A stretch of 64,000 nt of DNA from Dehalococcoidia bacterium (GTDB taxonomy: Bacteria; Chloroflexota; Dehalococcoidia; Lucifugimonadales; CAJWER01), in assembly GCA_965204975.1 (NCBI GenBank), contig OZ242024.1, positions 2,059,934-2,123,933 on the forward strand. Direction: 5' to 3'. The translations under genes were made by a program, and so were the position numbers. The notes under the pieces are model-generated. The model was not told the origin of the DNA. It made no database searches and saw only the letters and a program-made list of their open reading frames with translations. This document shows, piece after piece, positions 27,445-37,851 of this stretch. Each line of letters begins with the position of its first letter. Positions within the stretch are counted from its first letter, which is position 1.

Positions 27445-28374
27445 CTAGACTTCCAAGGTGCCGCCCTCCAGCCAGCGGGCGCACTCCTCGGTCAGTTCCC
27501 GAGCTACTGCCGCCTCGTATAGCTCCATGTCATCGTCGGTCAGCACCTCCCTCCACCGGCCGTTCGAGCCGCTGTGGAAGAACGTCTGCGCTCCGCCGCT
27601 CATGAGGCTGTCCAGACGGGGCCACGTCTGCTCGGCGTTCTGCTTCATCGAACGAAACGTGACTGCGTCGACAGTGGAAGCCAGGGACTCGTCGTCGAGC
27701 TCGATGTCGAGGAACCGGGCGACCTTCGACACCTCGCCCGGTAGGTCTCTCAGCAGGTCGTTGAAGTGGACGAACAGGATGTTGGGCAGGTGGCGGTAGT
27801 CCCACCAGGTCTGCACGTGGCGCATGTTGGACCAGAATGGGAAGCCCTCGCTGTCCCAGTCGAACCAGCCCCTCGTGGTCCACATGCGCCACAGCCGGCG
27901 GACATCGCCCGGGCAGAGCGGCAGCGGGTCGCCTACCCTGCCCGGAGTCTCGTTCAGCAGCCGGTAGAAGGTGTCGGTGTAGTTGCTGTAGTGGTTCCAG
28001 AGCGACATGAAGACGTCGCGCGCGTCCCGGCTGACCACCACGTACTTGACCTGCGGGAAGTACGGCAGGCCGTCGAGCGGCATGTGCGACTTCACTGACC
28101 GCCGGTGTTCCTGGGCCTCAAGATCCCTGATGACGGTGCCGAGGGGGGACAGGCGACGGTCCATCCAGGGGCTCAGCTCGCCGAGCGTCGGCATCTCCGC
28201 CTCCCGCTCGCCGAACAGGAGCCGCCGGACGATGGTCTGCATCCACGTCGTGCCCGACTTGTATGGGGTCGCGACGACTATGTCGTCGTCGCGCGGCTGG
28301 AAGCGCTCCCAGCGCGTGCTGTCCAGGTGATGGTTCTGGTAGACCCGGGTGAGTTCGGGAAGGCCCGTTGTCAC
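27445..28374 (-). CDS. PAPS-dependent sulfotransferase (cytosolic-type Sulfotransfer_1 fold)
   Basis: 5'-PSB loop TPYKSGTTW and 3'-PB region VVSRDARDVFMSLWNH. Start set at GTG 28374. The 607-aa track ORF reads through intergenic repeats into the bdh frame. Confidence 0.85.
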   Translation of the reverse strand: MTTGLPELTRVYQNHHLDSTRWERFQPRDDDIVVATPYKSGTTWMQTIVRRLLFGEREAEMPTLGELSPWMDRRLSPLGTVIRDLEAQEHRRSVKSHMPLDGLPYFPQVKYVVVSRDARDVFMSLWNHYSNYTDTFYRLLNETPGRVGDPLPLCPGDVRRLWRMWTTRGWFDWDSEGFPFWSNMRHVQTWWDYRHLPNILFVHFNDLLRDLPGEVSKVARFLDIELDDESLASTVDAVTFRSMKQNAEQTWPRLDSLMSGGAQTFFHSGSNGRWREVLTDDDMELYEAAVARELTEECARWLEGGTLEV

Positions 28375-28454
28375 TGCCCTAGCGCCCCCTAACACTCTTG
28401 ACTTGTCCAGTCTGACCGAGCACTGTCCCTGCAACCTGAATTGGCTGAGCACTG

Positions 28455-28475
28455 CCCCTTCGGCAAGCTCAGGGC
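28455..28475. repeat. Family C repeat
   Basis: ccccttcggcaagctcagggc. Confidence 0.7.
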
Positions 28476-28490
28476 AGGCTCTTCGACAGG

Positions 28491-29252
28491 CTAGCGGGCG
28501 GTCCAGCCTGCGTCTACCGAGATGGACGCGCCGGTGATGGAGCGGGCGGCGTCGGAGGAGAGGTAGGCGGCCATGGCGGCGATCTCGTCGGGCTCGACGA
28601 GGCGCTTGATGGCGGACGGCGCGAGCATCACGTCGGTGACCACGTTGGCCTCGGGGATCCCCAGGGTACGGGACTGGTCGCCGATCTGCTTCTGGACGAG
28701 GGGCGTGTTGGCGTAGCCGGGGCAGATGGAGTTCACGGTGATGCCATAGTCGCCGACCTCGAGGGCGACGGTCTTGGTCAGGCCGATGACGCCGTGCTTG
28801 GCGGCGTTGTAGGCGGACTTGTAGGGGCTGGCGACGAGGCCGTGGATGGACGAGATGTTGATGATGCGGCCCCAGCCCCTTTCCTTCATGCCGGGCACGA
28901 CGGCCTTGGTGAGCTGGAAGGGCGCGTTGAGCATGATCTGCATCATCTTGGCCCACTGGTCGTCGGGGAACTCGTCGACGGGGTGGATCTGCTGTATGCC
29001 GGCGTTGTTGACCAGGATGTCGACACCGCCGGACTCCTCCAGGGCGCGCCTGCCGAGGTCGTTGGTGCCCTCCATGGTGGAGATGTCGGCCTGTATGAAG
29101 GTCCCGCCGACCTCCTCGGCCGTCTCGGAGCCCGACTCTAGGAGGTCGGTGACGAGGACGTGGGCCCCGTCGGCCGCCAGGGCCTGGGATATGGCCCGCC
29201 CGAAGCCGCCTCCGGCGCCGGTTACCAACGCTACCCTGTCTTCGAGTTGCAT
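28491..29252 (-). CDS. SDR family oxidoreductase, 3-hydroxybutyrate dehydrogenase-like
   Basis: TGAGGGFG, NNAGI, S...YNAAK, PGYANTPLV. Confidence 0.88.
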   Translation of the reverse strand: MQLEDRVALVTGAGGGFGRAISQALAADGAHVLVTDLLESGSETAEEVGGTFIQADISTMEGTNDLGRRALEESGGVDILVNNAGIQQIHPVDEFPDDQWAKMMQIMLNAPFQLTKAVVPGMKERGWGRIINISSIHGLVASPYKSAYNAAKHGVIGLTKTVALEVGDYGITVNSICPGYANTPLVQKQIGDQSRTLGIPEANVVTDVMLAPSAIKRLVEPDEIAAMAAYLSSDAARSITGASISVDAGWTAR

Positions 29253-29370
29253 GAGTCAGGCCCTCCACTGCGGTTGTGTGCGGTTGCGGTGCTATGATAA
29301 CCCAAACGCCCTTGACGGCGTTCTACTCTACGTGAAGCACAGCAGCTACAGACCCCGGTGGAGGTACAGC

Positions 29371-31041
29371 ATGTCCGGCATCAGGCCGATGAACAGGTGG
29401 TGGATACTTCCGATTGCGCTGCTGTTGCTGCTCGTGGCCTTGGCCTGTGGTGCCAACGAGAGCGCTTGGAGTGGGACTGACGAGGCTGAGTTTGCCCGCG
29501 CGCCCGCCCAGCCTGCCGCCGCGATGGTGACGACCCAGGCGATGTCGGATGCGCCTGTCATGAAGGAGGTATTGGAGTCGCAGGCCGCGGGCACTCCGGG
29601 CCTTCCTGGCGCCCCGGCATCCCTGGCAGCTCCAGCTGCCGCGGCTAATGTCATGGTGGAGAACGATTCGGCCGGATCTTCCGACCAGCAGCTTGCCCAG
29701 CTCGTTACGCAGCAGAGGATCATCATCCGCACGGTCGACATGGGGGTCGAGGTGGACGACGTGGGAGCCGCCATCGACGACATCGGCGACCTGGCGAAGA
29801 GGATGGGTGGCTGGGTCGTCTCGTCCGACCGGCCGCTGAGGCACACGGGCTCCGTCTCGATCCGCGTCCCGGCGGAGATGCTGGACCAGGCGATCCTCGA
29901 CATCAGGGCGCTCTCGCTCAGGGTGCAGTACGAGAGCTCCGACAGCCGGGACGTGACCGACGAGTACGTCGACCTGTCCAGCCGGCTGAAGAACACGATG
30001 GCGACCGAGGAGGCGCTGCTGAAGCTGCTGGAGCGTGCGGAGAAGGTCGACGACGCGCTGGCAGTGCAGCAGAACCTCTCGAGGGTGCAGGAGGACGTGG
30101 AGCGGCTACAGGGGCGGATCAAGTTCCTGGAGCAGACATCGGCCTTCTCGCTGCTCAACGTGTCGCTGTCCGAGGAGCCGCGGGAGATGGTGCCCGACGC
30201 CGGCCCTGACGTTCGTGCGGGCGTGGGAGAGCCGGTCAGGTTCCGGGCGACCTTCACGCCGCCGGACGGCATAGAGAGCTTCGACTACACGTGGGACTTC
30301 GGGGACGGGACGCAGGTCGTATCGGGCAACCGGACCGCTCCCACGGGCGAAGGCGACCGCAGGGTGACGGCGACCCTTCACCACAGGTTCGACGACGAAA
30401 GGGACTCGCCGTATATCGTCCAGTTCAACATCACTGGGTTCGGCGACGGCGGCCTCTCGGAGGGCGAGGACACCCTGATCGCGACCGTATCGAGGATCCC
30501 GAACATCGAGGTATTCGCCGGCGAGTGGATAACTGCGGACGAGGGCGAGGCGGTCGAGCTCTCGGGCTCCTTCACCAGGCCGGCCGGGATGACGGACGTG
30601 ACGTACACGTGGGACTTCGGGGACGGCTCCAACCCGGCTGCGGGAAGCCTGCGGGAGGGCGTGACGACGGCCGTCGCTACGCACGTCTATTCGAACTACC
30701 GGCCCCGGCCGTACACGGCGAGGCTGACCATCACAGGCATGATGGAGACGGGCGAAGTGGAGGGCTCCGGGACGGTGGACGTGGAAGTCCGGGAGGCCCA
30801 GGGTTGGGTCATCGGGGGCTGGAGCTTCGGGGACCAGTGGAAGACCGCGGTCAGGACGCTTTCGGCGGTCGCTGCCGCGGCCCTCACCGGCTCCATATGG
30901 CTGCTGGTGTTCAGCCCCATCATCGCCGTCATAGTGGTTGCGGCCATCTTCCTCGGCAGGCGGGCCAACAGGAGGCGGGGCGCCCGGGGAACGGAGCCGC
31001 GCGAGGGCGAGCCTGGGGAGACGCCTGACGCCGGGCAGTAG
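29371..31041 (+). CDS. Lipoprotein with DUF4349-like coiled-coil domain, two PKD-like repeats and a C-terminal TM anchor
   Basis: Signal peptide with lipobox LVALACG. DUF4349-like IIRTVDMGVEV...SIRVPAEMLD...VDLSSRLKN. The motif YTWDFGDG occurs twice. The C-terminus is hydrophobic with an RRANRRRG tail. Confidence 0.8.
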   Translation: MSGIRPMNRWWILPIALLLLLVALACGANESAWSGTDEAEFARAPAQPAAAMVTTQAMSDAPVMKEVLESQAAGTPGLPGAPASLAAPAAAANVMVENDSAGSSDQQLAQLVTQQRIIIRTVDMGVEVDDVGAAIDDIGDLAKRMGGWVVSSDRPLRHTGSVSIRVPAEMLDQAILDIRALSLRVQYESSDSRDVTDEYVDLSSRLKNTMATEEALLKLLERAEKVDDALAVQQNLSRVQEDVERLQGRIKFLEQTSAFSLLNVSLSEEPREMVPDAGPDVRAGVGEPVRFRATFTPPDGIESFDYTWDFGDGTQVVSGNRTAPTGEGDRRVTATLHHRFDDERDSPYIVQFNITGFGDGGLSEGEDTLIATVSRIPNIEVFAGEWITADEGEAVELSGSFTRPAGMTDVTYTWDFGDGSNPAAGSLREGVTTAVATHVYSNYRPRPYTARLTITGMMETGEVEGSGTVDVEVREAQGWVIGGWSFGDQWKTAVRTLSAVAAAALTGSIWLLVFSPIIAVIVVAAIFLGRRANRRRGARGTEPREGEPGETPDAGQ

Positions 31042-31042
31042 G

Positions 31043-31525
31043 ATGTCCTTAATCAGACACTTCACGGCGACCGGGTTCGTCGTGCACCGGGGCTGTGTGG
31101 CGCTGCACTGGCACCCCAAGGTGAAGGCGTGGCTCCCGCCAGGGGGCCACGTCGAACCCAACGAGGACCCCGTGCAGGCGGTCCTGCGCGAGGTCGAGGA
31201 GGAGACGGGGCTGGAGGCGGTGGTGGTCCCGACCGCGCCGCGCCTGGACCTGGAGTACCCCGAGCACGTCCAGCCGCCGTTCACGATCATGATCGAGGAT
31301 ATCCACGATCCGGTGCAGGGCTATCACCAGCACATCGACATGATCTACTTCTGCCGTCCGGCGGGCGAGCCCGGTGCGATGCACGACGAGTGGCGCTGGG
31401 TCGACAGGGATACGCTGAGGGCCGGGACCCCGATTCCGCGCGGAGGGAAGTCCGAGGCACCGCCGGAGGACGTTCGCGTGCTGGCGGAGTATGCCTTCGC
31501 GCTGATCGAGGGTCCGCCCAAGTAG
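31043..31525 (+). CDS. NUDIX hydrolase
   Basis: Nudix box GGHVEPNEDPVQAVLREVEEETGL. The ATG lies 2 nt after the preceding stop. Confidence 0.9.
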   Translation: MSLIRHFTATGFVVHRGCVALHWHPKVKAWLPPGGHVEPNEDPVQAVLREVEEETGLEAVVVPTAPRLDLEYPEHVQPPFTIMIEDIHDPVQGYHQHIDMIYFCRPAGEPGAMHDEWRWVDRDTLRAGTPIPRGGKSEAPPEDVRVLAEYAFALIEGPPK

Positions 31526-31542
31526 ACGCGGAAATGAGACTA

Positions 31543-32625
31543 CTAGGCTAGGTCGGCGAGCCTGGGCACGACTTCCTGCTTCAGCATGGTCATGGAGTCC
31601 AGCCACTTGTCGCGCGGCTCCCACTCATGCCCCATCGCCAGCAGAACGCCGAACCCGCCGAGGTCCTCGTACAACGTGTGGAGCTTGTCGGCCACGTCGT
31701 CCGGGCTGCCGACGATGAAGACGTTGTCGACCAGGTACTCCGGCGTCACGTCGGAGTCCGGCATGTTGACGTCGACCTTCATGATGTCGAGCATCCGCGA
31801 CATCGGCAGGCTCCGCAGGAAATACTGGTCGAAGTCGCGGGCGAGCACGCCGTTCAGGGCCTCTCTGCGCGCGCGGGCCGTCGTGTCCGAGATGTAGACC
31901 TCGCGGGCCACCCGCCACTGGGACCTGTCGGCGGTCCTGCCTGCCCGCGCCGCTCCCTTTTCCACGGCCTCCCAGTGCGTCTTGACCACGCGCGTCGGCA
32001 CCAGGTTGATGCTCAGGGGCAGCCAGCCCCGCTCGCCCGCAACCTCCAGCGTGTCCGACCGCTCGGACACGCCCGCCACTGCCATGGGCGGGTGGGGGTC
32101 CGTGTACGGCTTGACGTGGAACCGCAGGCCTATCTCTTCGACCGGCTCCGGCACGTTGAACCGCCAGTACTTGTGCTCGTACAGCCCAGGCTGCGGGTCC
32201 TCCCACAGCTTCAGGATCAGGTCTATCGAGTCCCTGGTGATGTCCCTGTGCTCGCCCTCCTTGGGGTCCACGCCAAAGACCTGGAAGTCGCCAAGGAAGC
32301 CGCCTGCACCAACCCCCCACATAAACCTGCCCTTAGCCATGTGGTCGAGCTGCGCGATCCGGTGGGCGATCATGAAGGGGTTGTGGTTCGGCATGCAGGT
32401 GACGCCCGTCCCCAGTGCGATGCTCTTCGTCATGCCCAGGGCCTGGGCGATGAAGAGATCGGGCGCGGGGATGTTCTCCCACTCGGCCGTGAAGTGCTCG
32501 CCGATCCACGCCTCGACGTAGCCGAGCCCGTCCAGGGTGACGATCTGCTCCAGGTCGTCCTCCAGGGTCTTGGTGAGATTCGACCCCGGCGGGTGCAGCG
32601 GCATGGTGAAGTACCCGGCTTGCAT
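31543..32625 (-). CDS. LLM-class (luciferase-like) flavin-dependent oxidoreductase
   Basis: MQAGYFTMPLHP...GYVEAWIGEHF. AGGAGG lies upstream of ATG 32625. Confidence 0.88.
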   Translation of the reverse strand: MQAGYFTMPLHPPGSNLTKTLEDDLEQIVTLDGLGYVEAWIGEHFTAEWENIPAPDLFIAQALGMTKSIALGTGVTCMPNHNPFMIAHRIAQLDHMAKGRFMWGVGAGGFLGDFQVFGVDPKEGEHRDITRDSIDLILKLWEDPQPGLYEHKYWRFNVPEPVEEIGLRFHVKPYTDPHPPMAVAGVSERSDTLEVAGERGWLPLSINLVPTRVVKTHWEAVEKGAARAGRTADRSQWRVAREVYISDTTARARREALNGVLARDFDQYFLRSLPMSRMLDIMKVDVNMPDSDVTPEYLVDNVFIVGSPDDVADKLHTLYEDLGGFGVLLAMGHEWEPRDKWLDSMTMLKQEVVPRLADLA

Positions 32626-32774
32626 GGGAGCCTCCTGGGAACAGCGGTGGGCGAACGCACGGCAGTATAGCCAATGCGGGTATGCGATTCCAGCAGGGCG
32701 CCTGTTGACTCTACACGCCCTACGTGTCCAGAATGTGAGCAAACCAACCTCACCACCCACACATAACTTGTAGC

Positions 32775-33959
32775 GTGCTGATGCCTCGCCAGATGACCCT
32801 TATCCGCCTACATATTTCCAGGCTTAGAGCGGCTTCGCCCGTCGCCCTGGCACTTGTCGCCATCGCCCTTACCCTCGCGGCCTGCTCAGGTACTTCGGAG
32901 CCGCCAACGCCCGAGCCCACGGCGACGCCCGAGAGGTTCCCGCCCAGGGAGCTGACCGTGCTGGTTGGCGCAGGCGAGAGGACGGCTGCGATCAACGCCT
33001 TCTTCCCCCAGCGGCTCCGCATACGGGCCGGCGACACGGTGACATGGAAGATGAACACCGAGGGCGACCCCCATTCGGTCGTCTTCACCGACCAGCCCCC
33101 CGAGGACGACGTCATCCCCGTTCCAAGAGAGGGCGGCAGGGGCGCTCTCGTCTTCAGCGGAGGCGGACCCGGGCCGTCCATGCTCAACCCGAGAGTCCTG
33201 TATCCAACCAGGGAGGAGGAGGCCCGGCCCGAGGTGTGGCGCGGGTCCGGCTACGTCACGTCCGGCATCATGTTCCCGGAGCTCCAGCAGCCGCCGGACA
33301 TACCCCTCATCGACTCCTACTCTCTCAGGTTCGACCGGCCGGGCGAATACCCCTACGTATGCGGCATGCACGACTTCCACAAGGGGGTGATCGTCGTCGA
33401 GGAGGCGACAGCGAAGGACGTACCAGAGCAGAACGAAATAGACCGCGTCGCGCGCCAGGAGATCGAACCTCTGGAGACAATAACCAACAGCCTCCACGTC
33501 ATCCAGTCGTCGGACCGCGTGCTGGACAAAGAGCTGGGCCCGAACGGCACGAGCATATACCTTGTCGCGGCGGGGATGGGCCCCCCGGACGCCGAGCTGA
33601 CCGAGTTCTTCCCTGGCAACCTATCGATCAAGAAGGGCGACACGGTGGTGTGGTTCTCGTCCAGGTGGCACTCCATCGTGTTCAACCCGGGTGGCCCTTT
33701 CCCGCCCATGTACACGCCGGAGACGGACGACACCGGGAACGTGGAGATGATCATCAATCCTGTTGTGACGCTGCCCATAAAGGCGGGCCAGCCGTTCCGG
33801 GGGGAGGGTCTATACAGCTCGGGGCTGATGGGGTATGGATCCCGTCCCGGCGGCGTGGGTTACTCGCTGACGTTCGAGGTGGAGGGCCTGTTCAGGTACC
33901 TGTGCCCAGTCCACCCGGGGATGGCCGGCACCATCACCGTCACAGACGAAGGCGGCTGA
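32775..33959 (+). CDS. Two-domain cupredoxin (plastocyanin/azurin-like) lipoprotein
   Basis: Lipobox LAACSG. The C-terminal domain has the canonical type-1 Cu loop YLCPVHPGMAG (C-x2-H-x2-M). The first domain has YVCGMHDFHKG, which lacks the axial Met. Confidence 0.82.
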   Translation: MLMPRQMTLIRLHISRLRAASPVALALVAIALTLAACSGTSEPPTPEPTATPERFPPRELTVLVGAGERTAAINAFFPQRLRIRAGDTVTWKMNTEGDPHSVVFTDQPPEDDVIPVPREGGRGALVFSGGGPGPSMLNPRVLYPTREEEARPEVWRGSGYVTSGIMFPELQQPPDIPLIDSYSLRFDRPGEYPYVCGMHDFHKGVIVVEEATAKDVPEQNEIDRVARQEIEPLETITNSLHVIQSSDRVLDKELGPNGTSIYLVAAGMGPPDAELTEFFPGNLSIKKGDTVVWFSSRWHSIVFNPGGPFPPMYTPETDDTGNVEMIINPVVTLPIKAGQPFRGEGLYSSGLMGYGSRPGGVGYSLTFEVEGLFRYLCPVHPGMAGTITVTDEGG

Positions 33960-33997
33960 AGTACATTCCAGGGCGGTCTTAGTAGCGGAGGCCCATT

Positions 33998-34027
33998 CGT
34001 TCGCCCTGAGCTTGTCGAAGGGCAGTG
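33998..34027. repeat. Family C repeat
   Basis: cgttcgccctgagcttgtcgaagggcagtg. Confidence 0.7.
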
Positions 34028-34048
34028 CCGGCGGGTCGTCCCCAGGAA

Positions 34049-34720
34049 TCAGTCCTCGCGGCTCGACGCCAAATCCAGCAGGTCCGGCAGCGCCATCTCG
34101 GCCAGCGACCCGAGCCTGAGGTCGACTCGCCCGAACTCCATCGTCTCGGTCATGCCGTTGGGCACCGCCACGCAGAACAGGCCCGCCGCAACTGCGGCTG
34201 CCGCGCCGGTAGGGGAGTCCTCGACGGCAACGGCCAGCTCGGGAGACACCCCTATCGCGTCGAGTGCTGCCAGGTACACGTCGGGGGCGGGCTTGACCGC
34301 CTCCACGTCGTCGCGGGTCCCGATGGCATCGAAGAAGCCGCTCAGCCCGCGATTCGCAAGGTGGCCTTCGACCCACTCCCGGTTCGAGTTGGACGCGATT
34401 GCAACCCTGATGCCCAGCCGGCGCGCTGTCGTCAGGTAGTCCATCACACCGGGAAGGATGGGGCTCGCGTTTACCGCCTCCAGGTACCTGGCCCGCCTAC
34501 GGGGGCCAACCACGTCCCTGTCCAGCACCCGCCCTGTCAGTTCCTCCAGGTGGCTGTAGATGTCGAAGCTCCCTACGCCCGCACCGATGTAGCCCGACCA
34601 GAGGTCGCGGCTCAGCTCCACGCCACGGGTGCGGAACTCTTCCTGCCAGGTCGTGAAGTCCGGGGTCTCGGTGTCGATGATGACCCCGTCGAAGTCGAAT
34701 ACTATGCCCCCGACCGGCAT
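34049..34720 (-). CDS. HAD-IA hydrolase (beta-phosphoglucomutase-like)
   Basis: Motif I VFDFDGVIIDTE, IASNSNREW, KPAPDVY. ATGA overlap with the upstream gene. Confidence 0.88.
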   Translation of the reverse strand: MPVGGIVFDFDGVIIDTETPDFTTWQEEFRTRGVELSRDLWSGYIGAGVGSFDIYSHLEELTGRVLDRDVVGPRRRARYLEAVNASPILPGVMDYLTTARRLGIRVAIASNSNREWVEGHLANRGLSGFFDAIGTRDDVEAVKPAPDVYLAALDAIGVSPELAVAVEDSPTGAAAAVAAGLFCVAVPNGMTETMEFGRVDLRLGSLAEMALPDLLDLASSRED

Positions 34721-35142
34721 CAGGACGCTGTTTCGCTGCGGTCCCTCGCGGCTACCGCGTCACGTATGAACTCGACTATCTCCGACGTGGGCGTTCCCGG
34801 CCCGAATATGGCCCTGACGCCCATCTCCTGGAGTGCCGTCCGGTCCTGGTCGGGTATGATGCCGCCCGCCAGCACGATGGCGCCGCTGACTCCCCGCTCG
34901 TGGAGTCCCTCGATTATCTGGGGGAACAGCTCCATGTGCGCGCCGGAGAGGATGCTGAGCCCGACGACGTCGACATCCTCCTTCAGCGCCGTGTCGACGA
35001 TCATCTGCGGGGTCTGGCGGATGCCGGTGTAGACTGCCTCGATGCCCGCGTCCCGCAGCGCCCGCACGATGATCTTCGCGCCGCGATCATGGCCGTCCAG
35101 CCCGGGCTTGGCCACAAGCACCCGTATGACAGGCTCACTCAC
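34720..35142 (-). CDS. Cobalamin-binding small subunit of a split methylmalonyl-CoA mutase-type isomerase
   Basis: 140 aa. B12-binding motif GLDGHDRGAKIIVRALRDAG (DxHxxG). Confidence 0.88.
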   Translation of the reverse strand: MSEPVIRVLVAKPGLDGHDRGAKIIVRALRDAGIEAVYTGIRQTPQMIVDTALKEDVDVVGLSILSGAHMELFPQIIEGLHERGVSGAIVLAGGIIPDQDRTALQEMGVRAIFGPGTPTSEIVEFIRDAVAARDRSETAS

Positions 35143-35154
35143 AGCGCGACTTCC

Positions 35155-35589
35155 CTACTTGTGGGCCGTCTCGGCTTCGACGAGCTCGATCAGCGTGCCG
35201 CCCGTCGACCTGGGGTGCAGGAAAGCTATCATGCCGGCGAGGCCCTGGCGCGGCTGCCTGTCGATGAGCTGGACCCCGGGCTCCGCGTCGAGCCTGTCTA
35301 GCGCGCCCTGCAGCCCGTCGACCTCGAAGCAGACGTGGTGAAGGCCCGGCCCTCGCCGCTCGATGAACTTGGCTACGCCGCTCTCCGTGTCTAGGGGCTG
35401 GATCAGCTCCACCTGCGACCCGCCCACCTTGAGCAGCGCCGCCCGAACGCCCTGGTCCGCCACGTCCTCGACCTCCGAGGGATCCAGCCCAAACAGACTG
35501 GCATACATGTCGAGGGCCTCGTCCATGTCCTCGACCGCGATAGCGACGTGATTGAGATGCTGCGCCACGCAGGCGGAGCCATTTCCCAT
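35155..35589 (-). CDS. mce: Methylmalonyl-CoA epimerase (VOC/glyoxalase fold)
   Basis: LNHVAIAVEDMDEALDMY, GPGLHHVCFEVD. Start at ATG 35589. Confidence 0.85.
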   Translation of the reverse strand: MGNGSACVAQHLNHVAIAVEDMDEALDMYASLFGLDPSEVEDVADQGVRAALLKVGGSQVELIQPLDTESGVAKFIERRGPGLHHVCFEVDGLQGALDRLDAEPGVQLIDRQPRQGLAGMIAFLHPRSTGGTLIELVEAETAHK

Positions 35590-35783
35590 TGCTGACACTC
35601 TCACCGTTCGCAAGCTGTGGGTTTGCCGAGAATCCATAGTAGCATAGTGTCATTACGCCAAAGCTGCGGCCTTCCCTCCTCCACATTCCCCAGCCTCGGT
35701 GCCCTCAATGGTAGACGTCCCCACTCCCTAACTCCCTATCTCTGCGCACTCCACGTTCTCTGCGGTGCGTACTTCCCTCGCCA

Positions 35784-35811
35784 TTGACACCCGGAAGCCA
35801 AGCCGATAATC
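35784..35811 (+). promoter_or_regulatory. Possible promoter of the kbl cluster
   Basis: TTGACA (35784-35789), 15-16 nt, GATAAT/ATAATC (35805-35811). The spacing is sub-optimal. Confidence 0.35.
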
Positions 35812-35868
35812 TCAGTCGGCGCCGGGAGCTTCAGTTTCCGGCGTCAGCACCAATAGGGAGGGGTGTGA

Positions 35869-37056
35869 GTGGCCTATACGAGCATGAAGTCGTGGCTCAC
35901 GGACGAGCTTCAGACGATCCGCGACAGCGGACTGTACAAGGACGAGAAGATCATCAGGACGCCCCAGGGCTCGGACGTGGACACGAGCCAGGGCGAGATG
36001 ATCAACTTCTGCGCGAACAACTACCTGGGCCTGGCGGACAGCCCGGAGATCGAGAAGGCCGTAGCCGACGGCCTGTCCGAGCACGGCTTCGGCATGGCTT
36101 CCGTCCGGTTCATCTGCGGCACCCAGGACATCCACAAGGCCCTGGAGCAGGAGCTGAGCGACTGGTTCGGCACCGAGGACACCATCCTCTACACCTCCTG
36201 CTTCGACGCCAACACGGGCCTGTTCGAGACCATCCTGGGGGCCGAGGACGCCATCATCAGCGACGCGCTGAACCACGCCTCGATCATCGACGGCGTGCGC
36301 CTCTGCAAAGCCCAGCGCAAGGTCTACAAACATGCCGACATGGCCGACCTGGAGGAGAAGCTGAAGGAGACCGAGTCGGCACGGTTCCGCATGATCGCGA
36401 CCGACGGCGTGTTCAGCATGCAGGGCGACATCGCGCCGCTGGCCGAGATATGCGACCTCGCGGACAAGTACGATGCCCTAGTCATGGTCGACGACTCCCA
36501 CGCCACCGGCTTCATGGGCCCGAACGGGCTCGGCAGCCCCGACGAGATGGGCGTCCTGGACCGGATCGACGTGCTCACCAGCACCATGGGCAAGGCCCTG
36601 GGCGGCGCGTCGGGCGGCTTCACGACCGGCAAGGCGGAGATCGTGTCGTACCTGCGGCAGCGGTCCCGCCCGTACCTCTTCTCGAACACCCTCGCGCCGC
36701 CCATCGTCACAGGCGCGCTCAAGGCCCTGGAGATAGTGAAGGGCAACCCGAGCCTCCGGGAGACCCTGTGGGAGAACACCAGTTACTTCCGGTCGGAGAT
36801 GTCCGCCCTGGGCTTCGACATCATCCCGGGCAAGCACCCGATAGTCCCCATCATGCTCCGGGACGAGATCAAGACCGTCGAGCTCGCCTCGGCCGTGAAC
36901 CGTCGAGGCATATTCGTCGTCGGATTCAGCTTCCCGGTTGTGCCCAGGGGCGAGGCCCGCATCAGGGTCCAGCTCTCGGCGGCCCACACCAGGGAGCAGC
37001 TAGACCGCGCCATATCAGTATTCGCCGACGCCGGCAAAGAGCTGGGTGTCATATAG
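35869..37056 (+). CDS. kbl: Glycine C-acetyltransferase (2-amino-3-ketobutyrate CoA ligase)
   Basis: GTG start preceded by [29 protein letters not shown]-Lys region STMGKALGG. 395 aa. Confidence 0.92.
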   Translation: MAYTSMKSWLTDELQTIRDSGLYKDEKIIRTPQGSDVDTSQGEMINFCANNYLGLADSPEIEKAVADGLSEHGFGMASVRFICGTQDIHKALEQELSDWFGTEDTILYTSCFDANTGLFETILGAEDAIISDALNHASIIDGVRLCKAQRKVYKHADMADLEEKLKETESARFRMIATDGVFSMQGDIAPLAEICDLADKYDALVMVDDSHATGFMGPNGLGSPDEMGVLDRIDVLTSTMGKALGGASGGFTTGKAEIVSYLRQRSRPYLFSNTLAPPIVTGALKALEIVKGNPSLRETLWENTSYFRSEMSALGFDIIPGKHPIVPIMLRDEIKTVELASAVNRRGIFVVGFSFPVVPRGEARIRVQLSAAHTREQLDRAISVFADAGKELGVI

Positions 37057-37819
37057 CATGGGCACGGAGCCGGAGCTCCAAGGCAAAGTCGCCATAGTAA
37101 CCGGGGCGGGGCAGGGGATGGGCAAGTCCGTGTCGCAGGCCCTCGCCGCACACGGCGCGGCGCTCGTCGTCAACGACATCAACGCAGGCCCTGCCGAGAA
37201 TACGGCCGCGGAGCTGCGCTCCGGAGGGACGGAGGCCGTCGCCTCCGCGGGCGACGCCACCTCGAAGGCCGACGTGGACCGCCTGGTCGGCACGGCCCTC
37301 GACAGCTACGGGGGCGTCCACGTCCTCGTGAACAACGCGGGCATCCTGCGCCCGACCCACCTCATCGACATCGAGGAGGACGAGTGGGACCTGGTGGTCG
37401 ACGCGAACCTGAAGAGCACCTACCTGTGTTCCAGGGCGGTCCTCAGGCCCATGCGCGACGCCGGATGGGGCCGCATCGTCAACATGTCCTCCAGCGCCGG
37501 ACGCCAGTACAGCACGCTTGGAGGCCCACACTACTCCGCCGCCAAGGCTGGCGTCCTCGGCCTCACCCGGCACCTCGCCAAGGAGGAAGCAGGGCACGGC
37601 ATCACGGTCAACGCCGTCTGCCCCGGACTCATCGACACCGAGATGGTTCGCTCGTCCATCAGCGATGAGCGGACACAACAGTACGCCGAGAGCTTCCCGA
37701 TCCCCCGCCTAGGGGAGCCCTGGGAGGTAGCCGAGTTGGTGGCATTCATCGCGTCCGACAGGGCGGCCTACATGACGGGCGTCGCCTTCGACATAAACGG
37801 CGGCGACCTGATGATGTAG
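37046..37819 (+). CDS. Classical SDR oxidoreductase (FabG-like)
   Basis: [20 protein letters not shown]. Overlaps kbl by 11 nt. Confidence 0.9.
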   Translation: MSYSMGTEPELQGKVAIVTGAGQGMGKSVSQALAAHGAALVVNDINAGPAENTAAELRSGGTEAVASAGDATSKADVDRLVGTALDSYGGVHVLVNNAGILRPTHLIDIEEDEWDLVVDANLKSTYLCSRAVLRPMRDAGWGRIVNMSSSAGRQYSTLGGPHYSAAKAGVLGLTRHLAKEEAGHGITVNAVCPGLIDTEMVRSSISDERTQQYAESFPIPRLGEPWEVAELVAFIASDRAAYMTGVAFDINGGDLMM

Positions 37820-37851
37820 GGCTGAGTCCCGGTATCCACGGAGAGAAAAAC

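Noticed and set aside
27445-29268. 607-aa ORF suggesting an SDR-sulfotransferase fusion
   Set aside because: The N-terminal 250 aa are an out-of-frame read of the bdh-like gene and the middle is intergenic repeat sequence. Only the C-terminal 309 aa carry sulfotransferase motifs.
35638-35868. Glycine or other riboswitch upstream of kbl
   Set aside because: I found no conserved riboswitch core motifs. The region holds only a possible promoter and one imperfect hairpin (35816-35846).
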